A DNA stretch of 64,000 nt from positions 9,858,001-9,922,000 of the forward strand of contig OX597814.1 of the NCBI GenBank assembly GCA_951406725.2. Direction: 5' to 3'. Positions 27,818 through 41,289 of this stretch are shown here, in pieces (position 1 is the first letter of the stretch; the number at the start of each line of letters is the position of its first letter). The DNA is from Octopus vulgaris. Taxonomy: Eukaryota. The position numbers and the translations under genes were made by a program. The notes beneath the pieces were generated by a model. It saw only the letters and a program-made list of their open reading frames with translations. It ran no database searches and was not told where the DNA came from.

Positions 27818-28860
27818 ATTATCTCTGTAATCCTTTACGTGCCGTCAATATTTCTCTCCTCACGTATCTGTTGTCTATCCCTCCTCTTCCTCCTCTTCGT
27901 CCTCCCCTCCTCCCCTCCTCCTCACCTTCTCCTCCTCCCCTTCCGCACCCTTCCTTCATCTCTCTTTCTCTTCCTCCTCCTCCTTTTCACCATTCTCCTC
28001 ATCACTTCCTTCTCATCACCATTTCATCCTTCTCCTGACCATCCTTCTCCTCCTCTACTCCCATCTCACCCTTCTCCTCCTCACTCTCTTACTCCCCTTC
28101 CGCTTCTTTACTCTTCGTCCCCTCCTTCCTTTCACCTTTCTTTATCTTCCTCCTTCTCAGCCTCACACCCTTCCACCTCCCTTCCCGTCCTCCCCTCCCA
28201 CTCCGTATCCTCCCCTCCTCATCCTCTTCTTCGCATCCTCCCTTCCTCATCCTCCCCTCCTCATCCTCCCCTCCTCATCCTCCCCTCCTTATCCTCCCCT
28301 CCTCGTCCACCCCTCCAAATAGGGCCTCACCCTCCCCTCAATCTCTCCACTGCCTCTCCTTCCTCTTCCCTCGCCATTTCCTCTCATTCTTTTTGTATTC
28401 TCTTTTCTTTACAAATTTCAATATATTTTCTTTATAGTCACATTCCACCGGGGTCAGCATTGTGTTTCCTTCTTTCGTGGTCGATAAAGAAAGCACCAGC
28501 TGAGTGCTATTACAATTCTCTCTCCTTTTTGCTACAACTGGATATTCCGCTACGTCAATGGTTAGTCTAGAAGTGAGAATATAATACATGGATGAACTGC
28601 ACAAACTTCGCTAAAAAGGGAAGATCGTTTCATTTCGTTTTCCTTAAAACTCATCAGGTATCGTTTATCTGTTAATGAGTTCATTTTAGTAATATACAAG
28701 CATACATATAGGTATGTATATATTATATGGGTATATGTATATGAATATATGTGTGATTATATATATATATGCTTGTACTTAGGGATGGTCATTTCTTAGC
28801 CAAATAAACACACACACTGTATATTCGTTCTTCACTCGTCTATTAGTGTTCTTATTTTAA

Positions 28861-29035
28861 CTTATGTCCAACTCATGTCCGTTGTCCGGAAATCTGTCGT
28901 CACACATCTGTAACTTCTTCAGCGTCACTTTCTGTCTTCGTGTGTGCTCCTGCTCATGAAGATGGAAAGTGTCACTGAAGAGGTCACAGATGTGTGACGA
29001 AAGATTTCCGAAAAATGGGCATGAGTTCACATAAG
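28861..29035. mobile_element. Family P4: inverted-repeat element with hammerhead-like motif
   Basis: Imperfect palindrome centred ~28948. The + arm has CTGAAGA-g-gtcaca(gatg)tgtgac-GAAA-gatTTC (28975-29008). Confidence 0.65.
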
Positions 29036-29259
29036 AGCAGTAATAAGGAGATAGACAAAGAACATGTTTTACCAACAACATCATAGTTGTAACATAGAGT
29101 TACAACTATCTCCTTATCCTCTTGGAGATTTTAGGTAAAATTATACTAATGTGTCCTTCTAATTTAATTAAATTCTATGTCTTTATGCAGCTGAAGATTG
29201 CTCTACATTTTAAATTAATGAAATGAAATGATTGCAATGTTCAATTAAATGGAGTCGCT

Positions 29260-29380
29260 TGAAACGATCGTACTGCATTACCTCTGAATATCATTGTTGC
29301 TTATTTTGATTTTAATCACCTTATTTTGAAATTGTATGGATAATACGATACTAAATTCTGGTGCCTCAACTTAAGTACTC
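29260..29380 (+). repeat. Unclassified dispersed repeat
   Basis: ttgttgcttattttgatt..tggataat..aaattctggtgcct..cttaagtac recurs at ~57580-57696. Confidence 0.7.
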
Positions 29381-30146
29381 ATAATTATACATAACAGAAA
29401 GTGGGCAATAGAGGTTATAATCCAAGAAAAATGGTTAAGGTGATTGAAGGTGACAAGGAGGAAGATAGACCCAAAGGAAACAGATCCATGTTTAGAGGCC
29501 CTGCACGTTTCCAGTTGTATTTGCAAGTCGTATTATAGCCAAAATGTTGCAGAAAATGACAGGGTGGTCAGGTGATTCCGAAAGGATGAAAAGCAAAGTC
29601 GACCTCGGCAGAATTTGAACTCAGAACCTAAAGACGGACGAAATACCGCTGGGCATTTTGTACGGCGTTCTAGTGATTCTGCCAGCTCGCCAACTTAACA
29701 CTCAGTTGTATTGCTTTCCCTTATCCTTCCTGACTCTCCAATATCACTCTCAGAGTCTTCTATTACTTTCCCCTCTTCACGTCTCTTCTAACCTCCCTTT
29801 ATTTCCTTCCCTCATTCTACTACCGCACCCTACTTCAATTAATCTTCAACCTCTGACCTCTCCAGTATTTCCTACCCTCATTTCCCTACCGCTCTCTCTA
29901 ACTATTTTCTCCTCTCACTCCACTACTGCTCTTCTCCTCCGTATATCAATTACTTTCCTCCCTCCCACTGTCAGTCTGTAGCTCATCAGCTTTTCTTACT
30001 ATCACTCCCCATCACTTCTTCAGTTACCCCGCTATTCCTCTCTCACAGTCTCTAGTTATTCATCTGATTTCACTATTTCTCTCCCCCCCCCCCGGTATAC
30101 TTCTGCTTTCCTCCCCTTCTCTCAATGAGTCTTACTCCTTTCACTA

Positions 30147-30226
30147 CCAATGTTTAGTTCTTCCTCTCCTCTTACTATGTCTCTCCTCTTCCTTCAATGA
30201 TCCTTACACCTTTCACACGCAATCTC

Positions 30227-30269
<43 letters not shown>

Positions 30270-30600
30270 AATGATCCTTCCATATTTTACCACTCTCTAA
30301 TACTTCTTTTCTTCCACTCTGTCCCCCTCCCAAATTTATCGTTCTACATCTCACTAGCAATGTATAGTTCTTCCTCTCCTCTCACTATGTCTCTCACCTT
30401 CCCTCAGCGATCCTTACACCTTTCACAAGCAAACTCTACCTCCTTCTCTCTCCTCACTACGTCTGATCCTCTCTCCTCGCTACAATGATCCTTCCATCTT
30501 TTACGACCAGTTTCTACCACTTCTTTTTCTTCCACCCTCTCACCCCTCCCACGTTTATTGTTCTCTACATCTCACTAACCAATGACTAGTTCCTCCTTTC
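30147..30600. repeat. Pyrimidine-rich tandem repeat, period ~210 bp
   Basis: caatg..tagttcttcctctcctct..actatgtctctc..gatccttacacctttcaca at ~30148 and ~30358; partial third unit at ~30580. Confidence 0.7.
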
Positions 30601-30974
30601 ATTCCGTTACCATTCTCCGTTCTCTCAATTATCCTTATACCTTATCTTCCTGTCTCTCTGCTAATCTCTCCATTTATCTCTAACACGTACAGTTTATGTC
30701 TTGTCTGTCTCAAATGCCTGTCGTACACGATATTTTGCATTCCCTTCCCATGCTGGCTTCTTCCACCGTCACTGTCCTCAACTTTCTGACCACAAACAGA
30801 GTTGGAATGCTCGCATAAAAGTACACAAAGAATTTACACACACACAGGTGCAGATACACATCGATATGGACATGCAATGGTCAAAATAACAACATTATAA
30901 TACACAAAAATAAGGGAGCAGGCTGGTGGTAGTCGACGTGTTAAAGTGAGAGTTACAACATTAATGATAATTAT

Positions 30975-31380
30975 GAATTCTGGTACAGGGCCAGGAGTTT
31001 TTAAGAGAAATTGTTTGCATCGACTCCAGTATTATTTTATCGACCTCAAAAGAATGAAAAGTACAAAGTCTCATGAGGATTTGTACTCACAACCTAAAGA
31101 CGGACGAAATACCACATTCTAAAGATTTTTGCCAGCTCGCCGCATTAGTTAACTCATTAATAATGATTTCAAATGTCAGAACAAGGTTAACAATTTCGTT
31201 GGAGGGGGTAAGTCGATTAGATCGACCCCCCATGTTTAACTGGTACTCCTTTTATCGACCCCAAAAGGATAAAAGACAAAGTCGATTTCGGCAGAATTTG
31301 ATCTCAGAACATGAAGACAGACGAAATGTCGCTAATTATTTTGCCTACGTTGCTAACAATTCTCTCAGCTCGCCACCTTA
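30975..31380 (-). mobile_element. Two diverged SINE family C copies
   Basis: tttatcgacc..aaag..tgaaa/ataaaa core and gctcgcc head ends. Further remnants at 29576-29695, 34605-34802 and 37405-37500. Confidence 0.7.
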
Positions 31381-31554
31381 ATAATAATATACGCCCAAAT
31401 TGATGTCGCATGGACAAAGTCCTTTGGGTGGGAGGTGCCGCCACACTTCCTGCATATGCGTGATATTTTTCGCGCTAATAGGCCACATCAGTCCCAGCCC
31501 TTGACTCTAGAGTACAGACGTTTTATGCGCGCTCCTCGGATTTTTGTTTTCCCA

Positions 31555-31945
31555 GAATGCATCGAACAGAGATATTGCACCATGTTTTCCAAAAGCTTGG
31601 TGATACTCAAGGTCAAATCACCCAGAAAATTCAGCAGACCTTTGGTGATGATGCCAAGGGCAAAACTCAGATAAAGAAGGGTTATTGCCACAGTGGAGAG
31701 CGACGCACGTTCAGGCAGGTCATCTACAAGGCGAAACAAGGAACCGATTCGGAAGGTTTGGCGAATAGTCATGGATGGCCGTCTTGTAAAAATCTAGGAA
31801 ATTGCTCACAAACTGGGAACAATTACAGGATCAGTGCATTCCATTTTAACGGAGGATTTGTGTATAGGGGAGTGTCGCGAAGTTCCTTCCCATGGCAACT
31901 CCACATAGAAATCGCTCAGGTCATACTGGACTGTGCAAACCTTTT
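31555..31945 (+). pseudogene. Degenerate mariner transposase N-terminal fragment
   Basis: Frameshifted IEQRYC..F/QKLGDTQGQITQKIQQTFGDDAKGKTQIKK..RSGRSST..ILTEDL, similar to the 6360 ORF. Confidence 0.75.
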
Positions 31946-32535
31946 GAAGCACACTGTTCTGTTCGTCGAATCAATTGGAACGCTTGTCGCTGTAACCGAC
32001 GGAATGCCAAGCTATCTATCTATCTATCTATCTATCTGTGAGAGTAGAGAGGCAAGTTTTGTCTAGCGAATGTTTTAAAAAAAGATGGGTGAATGTAGCA
32101 AGAATGGCACGTATGAATGACGAAGCCACCTTGAGCATAGTCCTATGAACCCAGAAATCGAAAACAGAGAGTTGCTTATTTGCAAAAAAAAAAAAAAAGA
32201 AATATAAAATGTGACATCATTGACCGAGGTTACCGTGGTCTTTTCCGTAGGCTTTTCTTTGCACGGGTAAACCTCACCTGTCCTCCCCTTTACACTTCAT
32301 ATTGACATTTCTGTGATAACGATCCCTATTGATCAATTTTTTTTCCTCCCCCTTTTTTTTAACCCCCCTTTTTTTGTCCTCTTTCTCTCCTTTTACGATC
32401 CCTTTTGATCGAAACTCCCCCTTCCTTTTTTTTTTTTTTTTTTTTCTTTTTTTCTTTCTTAAACCTTCAAAAGAAAAGCTCTACCTTGTAATTTGTTCTA
32501 TCTGTGTGCAGCCCTGTGTGGCTAATAAAGAAACA

Positions 32536-32666
<131 letters not shown>

Positions 32667-33315
32667 ACCATTGTGTGCGTGTGTTTGTTTGTGTGTGTGC
32701 AACCAAAACTCAAAGCTTCAAAGATCGGAAGCTCTTCGTAAACTTTCACTGTAATACCAGATCTTCATCTCACTACCTAACACACCATCCTCTCTCTCTC
32801 TCCCTCTTTCTCTCTCTCTCTCACTCTGTCTTTAAGTAAATAAAAGAAATGAATAAAGAAATGAATTATACCTCACTACAACCCTTCCTTTCTCACAACC
32901 TACTCTCAACTCTTACATCTCTCGTTCACTTCGACCACCTCCTCTTCTACACCATGTCCCTTCTGTTTAAACTTATTCACTTCTTTTTCGCTTTCATCGA
33001 ATCTTATATTAGAAACTATTATACTGTCCTGCCAACTCACCAATGTCGGAAACTATATTTTTTCACTCGTCAAAACCACCAAACTTACCAATTACCAAGG
33101 TTTACTGAATCCCTTGACTTCTCCAATGATTTTAATGGGATTAATGATTTTTGTCGTCTCATGCTCATAAATCAAAAACGACTGCATCATTCCGATGATG
33201 GAAATGTCATAATGCTATCCTTGTTTATGGTAATAACCATGTATGCTAAAAACGGTACGCTTTACGTTTATTATGTATGTGCTTGTATATATATATATAC
33301 ATATATATATACATT

Positions 33316-33347
<32 letters not shown>

Positions 33348-33396
33348 TATATATATATTCATTTATCTGTAAATATATGCATGTATGTAAGTATAC

Positions 33397-33487
<91 letters not shown>

Positions 33488-33639
33488 GCATATATGCATA
33501 TATATATACATATATATAATATATATATGTATATATGTATATATATACATATACATACACACACATGCATATACATACATACATGCATACATACATGCAT
33601 ACATACCTACATACATACATACATACATACATACATACA

Positions 33640-33675
<36 letters not shown>

Positions 33676-35466
33676 TATACCTTTCCTGAGATTTAGCGGA
33701 TCAGCGCCTTTAATTACATCTGAAAGCGTCTCTCGGTGATTGAAATATGAAGAGCAAATTGATCAACGTAACAATATGTTAACCTGTCTCGCGAAGCTAA
33801 ATAGATTAAGTGGCTATCTTTTAAGTCTGAATATGAAGGCTGACTATTTAATCAATGGAAGGTGTTATGGGTGTTACTCAATAATCATTTGTAAAACATC
33901 ATCCCTCGTGTTCAGCTTGTGTCAGTTTGTCTTTACTGGTAGCAGAATGAAACTAATTTGTATTGCATTTCCAAACTTGTAGAAGTATTTTTAATAATAT
34001 ATTCTGCCGTGGTAAAAAAGGAACGATATGTAAGACGTCATTTTAGATACACAAGGTGTAAAAAATACTAGGGATGATCATGGTTGGAACACCTTATACT
34101 ATAATTGTTCTAAACAAGGACGCTTTTATATGATCATAGTACAGATGTCTATCACAGTTCCATTCACATCTAAGACACATTAAGGGAAAAAAATATCGAG
34201 AGAAACGAAAAGGGAGGCGCCTGCGTTATTATGCACCTGTGTCAAATTCAAAGATTCTTACAACTTCCACTATCAAAGTTAGACGTTAGATTTTCCGTAT
34301 ATCTCTCAATATATTTTGCATCTTCGCTAAAGGGAGCAGATCCCTCAGTTCTTTTAACCTCTCTCAAAAACTCATCAGTTGCATCGGGCCAATCTTCTTG
34401 GTATAACAGCGTTGAATGGACAAAAGTTCTGCTGTTACTTTGATGTTATGTGGCAAACATATTTCCGAGTAGTATTCCAGGTAACTGTGAACAACTGCTA
34501 TCCGTGGGGCCAACATGGCTTGTTATTTTTCTTTTTCTGAATGATCTCATAATCCGACAAGTCGGCTGCTTTCTCGTAGTTACCATATTAGAAATATGTA
34601 GAACTGATTTCAAATTTTGGTTCGTGGCGAGCAATTTCGAAGAAGAGTGGGTCGACTACATCAATCCCAGTGCTCAACCGGTTCTCATTTTATGAAAAGC
34701 AAAATCAATGTCGGCGATATTTGAACTCAGAACATAACAACGGACGAAATATCACCAAGCATTTTGTCCGGCGTGCTAACGGTTCTACCAGCTCTCCGCC
34801 TCACTGCAAATTTATATTAAATTGTATTTTACAGACGGCAAACATTATCTAATACAGAGCACAATATACTGGATGCAGTGGACAGACACATTTATTTCAA
34901 CAAAAAATGATAGTCTAATCTGAGTGAGGTCCAATTTGGGCGGTTTACGGCAGTTGGGGACATCCCAGCCTGGGTCGAAACTTGGAGTAGATGGCTGCCA
35001 ACTTTTGATATAATTTACACACGCTCAGACAGACACAGACACACATAAACACACAAACACATATACGTATGTATGTATGCATGTATGTATGTATGTATGC
35101 ATGTATGTATGTATGTATGTATGTATGTATGTATGTATGTATGTATGTATGCATGTGCATGTGTGTGTATATGTGTGTGCGTGAGTACGTGTGAGTGTGT
35201 ATATGTGTGTGATGCGAGTGAAAGCGCATGATTTGTAATTTGCGGAAGTACTCAATAGTAGCGCTCATTTGTCAACTTCACTTCGCTTAGAGAACTAATA
35301 AGTTATAACACACACACTCACACACACACACACACACGCACACACACTTAGATACACACACACACTTGCACATAGGCACACAGACACAAACGATCACACA
35401 CTAGAAATCACGCGCGCGTGTGTTTGAGTGTGTGAATAGATAAATGTATGCAAATATGCTTGTATC

Positions 35467-35523
<57 letters not shown>

Positions 35524-35524
35524 C

Positions 35525-35571
<47 letters not shown>

Positions 35572-35606
35572 CCTATCTATCTGTATAATATATATCTATA
35601 TCTATG

Positions 35607-35663
<57 letters not shown>

Positions 35664-35976
35664 GTGTACAGATAGAGACACAAACATATTTGTGTACATA
35701 CAAACGACTTCCAATATTATTAGATTTGCATATTGCTTTGGGATCTTATCGCTAGAGCTGCTGCACAGACAGTTTGATGTGATCTATTGCTCCAATATGT
35801 CGCTCGAATAATAATTATATAATTTCCATTCATATAATGACAGCCGGTCAGCCTTGTACCGTTTCCCCATTGCATACTGAATAAAAGATAATGGGTAAAC
35901 ACAACAAGAAAACGCTGTTAATTTGAGAGACATTGTTATACAGTTTGATGTATATATATATACATGCATACATATA

Positions 35977-36023
<47 letters not shown>

Positions 36024-36110
36024 ATATATGCTATATATATGATATATATATATATAGCATATATATAGCATATATACATATGCATATATATGCTATATAT
36101 ATATATATGC

Positions 36111-36147
<37 letters not shown>

Positions 36148-36325
36148 GTATATATATATATTTATAAATACATATGTATATGTATATATATATATAATAT
36201 ATGTATACTCATAGTTATATGCATAAATACATACATATATTTACATAATACATACATACATACATAAATATATATATATATATACACACAGTTACACGCG
36301 CAAATACATATCCTAGAGACACATT

Positions 36326-36396
<71 letters not shown>

Positions 36397-36654
36397 ATCT
36401 ATCTATCTATCTATATATCTATCTATCTATCTATCTGTGTCTCTTTGCTCTTCTGTACACCTCTCTGCATACATACACAAACACACATATACATAAACAT
36501 ATTTACATCTGAAAATGGGCTTTTCATTTGCAGCGTTACGGATCTGTAGGGATTTTCTTAGAAGTAGGTTAATTTTTAGTGGAGGACCGAAATTCTAGAT
36601 AAATACGAGTACAAACAATCTGGCACGCACACAGACGCATATAAATACACACAT

Positions 36655-36701
<47 letters not shown>

Positions 36702-36992
36702 CACACGCGCGCGCGCACACACACACACACACTCACACACACACACACATGTATTAACGTTTGACTTAATTTAGTTATAGTTATATATAAAAAAATAGTC
36801 CAACATTAATTGAGGGATCACTAAGAATATTTAAATAAAGCCACATATTCATTTTTACAAAGGAACGGTTGACTTTAACGTCGAAGTTACACCAGGCGAT
36901 GGTGTTGTGAGACGATCTAATGACCGGCGAAACTTCGAGTTCACTGTCGACCTTTTCTTGTCTTATATATATATATATATATATGTATATTT

Positions 36993-37173
36993 ATTTATTT
37001 TATGGAAGGAGCTTCTACAGGACTAGAACTGTTTCATTCAAAAGAAATCATCAGGAAGCCTGAATGAAACAGTTCTAGTCCTGTAGAAGCTCCTTCTATA
37101 AAATAAATTAATTTACTCTGCTATGTATTGAGTACCTTATTTACTGTGGTTAACCCCGACAAAACCCGGGACC

Positions 37174-37176
<3 letters not shown>
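36993..37176. mobile_element. Family P2: palindromic hammerhead-bearing element inside (TA)n
   Basis: Arms 36993-37040 and 37061-37108 are near-perfect reverse complements. Tail ends ..cccgggacctac(at)n. Second copy at 52673-52871. Confidence 0.8.
37010..37060 (-). ncRNA. Candidate minimal type-I hammerhead ribozyme (P2)
   Basis: Minus strand reads gcttc-CTGATGA-tttcttttgaat-GAAA-cagttctagtcctg-TA-gaagc. Stem I gcttc/gaagc, stem III acag/ctgt, GUA cleavage triplet. Stem II is weak (ttc/gaa with a U-U next to the core). Confidence 0.6.
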
Positions 37177-37218
<42 letters not shown>

Positions 37219-37544
37219 TTATTATAAGATATATATATATATATATATATGTCAGTGTGTGCATGTGTATCTCTCTCTTTTTCTGTGCACACACACACAC
37301 ACACACATATATGTACATAACAGTCAGATTTTCATTAGTAATTTTTCATTACATTTTTCATTACATTTTTATCGTTACATGCTGGAAGGTTATTTTATTT
37401 TATTGACCCAGTACCAAAAAGAAAGCAAAATAGATCTCGGCTGGATTTGAACTCGAGACGTAAAAAGCTGGGAAGATACCGTAAGTAATTTTGTTCGATA
37501 CCTTACCGTTAGTGCTATTCCACCACCCTATTAATTATTGCTTA

Positions 37545-37790
37545 CGTCGTCACGTAGTCATTAGGGCGTTGGAATCATGATCCTAATAGTGTGGTTTCGA
37601 TTCCTGGACTGGGCAACGCGTTGTGTTCTTCAGCAAAAAACGACAATTCACGTTCCTCCAGCCCACTCAGCTGGCAAAAACGAGTAATCGAGCGATGGAC
37701 CGGCATCCCGTCCAGCGGGGAATATATGCGTCACAGAAACCGGGGAGATGGCCTTATGAATGTATACGATTCAGAAAGGATCTCTGGACA
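37545..37790 (+). mobile_element. tRNA-derived SINE family D, diverged
   Basis: ggtttcgattcc B-box, CORE-like ttgtgttcttcagcaaaa, V-domain-like gcgatggaccggcatcccgtccag (domain names from memory). Related copies at 39730-39860 (-) and 41451-42011. Confidence 0.7.
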
Positions 37791-38019
37791 GGCACAAAGC
37801 TAGAAACTTTGGGAAGGTGAACGGTCGAATATATCAACTCAAGTACCTGATTGGTCTTTTATTCTCTCGGATCTCCAAAAATGAAAAAGTTGTGTTGGCC
37901 TCGGCGGGATTTGAACTTTGATCGAAGAGCGACGCTCTTTCGATCCTTCGCCAACAACGACAACAATTTCGAAACCAACAAAAATTTAAAGGACAAAAAT
38001 TAAAAGGACAAAGACAACA

Positions 38020-38215
38020 AGAGAGAGAGAGAGAAAGAGGGGGAGAAATAGAGAGAGTGAAAGAGAGCGAGAGATAGAGAGAAAGAGGGGGAGAAATAGA
38101 GAGAATGAAAGAGAGAGAAAGAGGGGGAGAAATAGAGAGAGTGAAAGAGAGAGAGAGAGAGAGAAAGAGGGGGAGAAATAGAGAGAGTGAAAGAGAGAGC
38201 GAGATAGAGAGAGAG
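38020..38215. repeat. GA-rich minisatellite
   Basis: Unit gagaaagagggggagaaatagagaga(g/a)tgaaaga, four copies. Confidence 0.85.
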
Positions 38216-38904
38216 CAAGTGAACGCATCACAAGCATTTCCATACACAAATCTGATCCATCTCTGTTGAGTCACATAACGATGTCATTTGCTATCATTTG
38301 TCCTTCTGCTGATATTTCTCTCAAAGCTCAATCGACATTAAGAATCGCTTTTCTAAAGCAAACAATTATCGTTGTTGCTGTCATTGTCGCAGCTTTTATC
38401 AAAACTCTCACCCACTCTTCACACTCATTATCCAAATACACACACATATACTATTCACCCTCCATTTTCTCTGATTCGTTAGTTTTTCTCTGTCCTTTGT
38501 CGTCTGCTTTCTATCATTTTCATATTTTATCATTTTTTTTTTTATCGCTGTCACCTTCCACTTCTTTTCTCTTTCTATCAGCTGCTCTTTATCAATTGAG
38601 AGTTCTTCCTTCATTTCCGTATTATTTTGTTCTCTTTTAAATTTCTTTCTTTCTTTCTATCTGTCTGTCTGTCTGTCTTTCTCTCTGTCTGTCTGTCTCT
38701 CTCTCTCTCTCACTCTCTCTTTCTACCTATCTATTTAGCTTTGTCTCTGTTCAAATAGAATCTTCCATACTCTCACACAACTCGATGACATACACACAAC
38801 ACACACGTAAAAATCACATACACACGCCTGCGTGCACACACACACATGCACTTACTTTTTATTTTTCTTCTCTTTATATATATATAATAACACACATACA
38901 CACA

Positions 38905-39080
38905 TATTATATGGCTTGGATCACTTCGATATTGGCCCCGGAATTGCCTAAATTAATAAGCCCTACCTAACAGAATCCGGGGAGTCATTTTTAAAGTCAA
39001 GTCTTGCGGTTTGTCTGGTATCTCTTGAAGAAATTTATCCAGATTGTTTAGATATTGTGAGCTCTCTTTGAGTTGTTCTC
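38905..39080 (-). mobile_element. Possible CR1/L2-type LINE C-terminal remnant
   Basis: Minus strand reads NNLDKFLQEIPDKP at ~39015-39050, matching the LD.FL..IPD.P end motif. Confidence 0.45.
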
Positions 39081-39397
39081 ATACAATAGTAAATACAGCA
39101 GGCACGGTCTGTTGAGTAAAGGTAATTGTGTTGTCATGCGTCTGGTTTTTGTAGGGGAGGCGGGGATAATATGGCAAAGGGTCCCAGCCTCAAATGAATG
39201 GTAAACTTGATGCTAAAGCAGTTTGGGCAATCCGGGTGGTATATTCTCCACGTTGTGCAAATGATGTAGCCCCCACGGCAGTATCAATCCTAATAATCAA
39301 GACCAGTTATCCATTTATATATATTGTAATTGTTCTCTGGTGTGTCTTAGACCTCTTAATGCGTTTTCTTCTTTCTTTTTTTTTTCTTTTTGTATAG

Positions 39398-39585
39398 CGA
39401 AACCAAAGAGGGTGATAGTTTTCTGGATGTAGCCGTACGAACGAGGAAAAAGGTACATGAAAAGGTAGATGATGACTTCTGGCTTTCTGAACCGGAAAGT
39501 TCTGAGGAACCAAGAGATCTTTCTGCGAGCCATATTAACTTTGTTGAGAAGAGCATTTCAACTGAGATCGTTGCCAGGACAAAGG
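39398..39585 (+). CDS. Candidate internal coding exon, unknown protein
   Basis: Long polypyrimidine tract plus TAG acceptor (39364-39397), donor AGG|GTAAGA, open frame ETKEGDSFLDVAVRTRKKVHEKVDDDFWLSEPESSEEPRDLSASHINFVEKSISTEIVARTK. No homology recognised. Confidence 0.35.
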
Positions 39586-40754
39586 GTAAGAAAAAAAGGT
39601 AATACCCAACTCCAGGGTAGGGCTATGGTCCGTCAGTCCAGAAGTTCCCTTCTGTTTACTTTTTAGACAGGTTCACCGATAACCGCCGTGTTGTCAAGCT
39701 TGTTGCGACATCTCCATATTATGCATTTTTGGTAGCTGAGAGCAACGCAGAATGAAATGTTTTGCTCAAGAATACAGCACATCGCCCGGTCCAGGGATCG
39801 AAGCCATAATCTTACAATGAGGAATCTTATACTCGAACTACTAAGCTAAGCACCGCCACCCAGTGAATGAGTATTTAATATAAAATATCGAATAATGAAC
39901 AGGGAGCCAGACATGGAAATAAAATTGAAGTCACATTTATAATGGATGGGAGAGAAACCTTCCCCTATCGCCATCATCAATACCATAATTACCAACGCAA
40001 ACGTCACCACCACCACTACTACCTTTAACGCTTACCCTACTAACTCACTAGATTCGTAACTTCGTATGACTTCATAACGTATACTTAAGAAATCTGTCTG
40101 AGATATTTATCAGGAAATGATGTCGAGAAACTTTGGCTAGACTTTACATGGAGGGATTATTAATATTATAGAATTATAACACTAATTCTATCACTAATCA
40201 TGCGGTCATTAATATTGTATGGTTATACTCTTGTTAGATCTGTGGTGAGATAGCAAAATCGATAGAGGTTCGGGAAAATTCTTTGCAATATAAGACCCCG
40301 TTCTTTACGTACAGAATTCAAATTTTGTACTACTTTCACTCGTGGTGGGCTCCGACAAACGTGTTTACATGTCTCTCACGAACACTGACCACATCCGATG
40401 GTCGGCCGCAGTCGCAGGCTGTCAGGCAAAGTAGTGCTTCCGCCTGTGACCCAAAAGTCCAGCTTGCATATTTGACTAACGCTCTTTTGGGAAAGCAGGC
40501 ACATCGAATAGCGCAGACGCCGTTGCCGTAGACGTCATTCACTGTTGTGGGGTAGTGTTCATGTTCCGAATTTCGGTGGGAATACAAGTTCGCATGTTGT
40601 CTCTGGTCAGGTGCATTATTCAAATTAAATTTCGGTTAACCTTGATCCTCATCCCGGAGGCAGCGATAACTAAGCACCAATCAAGAAATCTGGATCAATG
40701 TAACCAAGCAGACCCTCAAAATTTCGAGCCTTGTGCCTAGATTACAAACAATTA

Positions 40755-41226
40755 GGTGCAGCGTGACTGTGTGGTAAGAAGCTTGCTTCCCAAGCACATG
40801 GTTCCAGGTTTAGTGCTACTGCGTGGCACCTCAGGCAGCTGCCTTCTACTATTGCCTTAGGCCGACCAAAGACTTGTGAGTGGATTTAATAGACGGAGCC
40901 TGAAAGAAACCGATCGTGTGTATATATATATGTGTGAGTGTGAGTGTGTGTGTGTTTGTGTGTGTACTTATGTGTATGTGTCTTTGACTTTGTCTTTGTT
41001 CCCCATCGTATGTATGTTTGTGTATATGTTTGTGTCAGTGTTTGTCCACCCCACCAACATCGCTTGGCAACCGGTGTTGGTGTGCTTACGTCCCCGTAAC
41101 TTAGCGTTTCGGCAAAATAGAGCCAGTAAAATAACTACCTGGCATCGATTTGTTCGATTAAAATCCTTCAAAGCGGTATTCCAGCATGGCCCGCAGTCAA
41201 AGTAAAAGAATAAAAGAATAAAGAAT
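40755..41226 (+). mobile_element. SINE family A, older diverged copy
   Basis: Colinear head, body and (taaaagaa)n tail. Confidence 0.85.
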
Positions 41227-41289
41227 CATCGTAAACATTAAATTTTTTTACCACGACATGGCAGACAATAACAATAGTGCAATTATTGG

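Noticed and set aside
40336-40623. GC-richer island with a 95-aa ORF and a faint RTE zinc-finger-like AGLLGHRRKH in another frame
   Set aside because: No splice signals or recognisable homology; the motif is too short to call.
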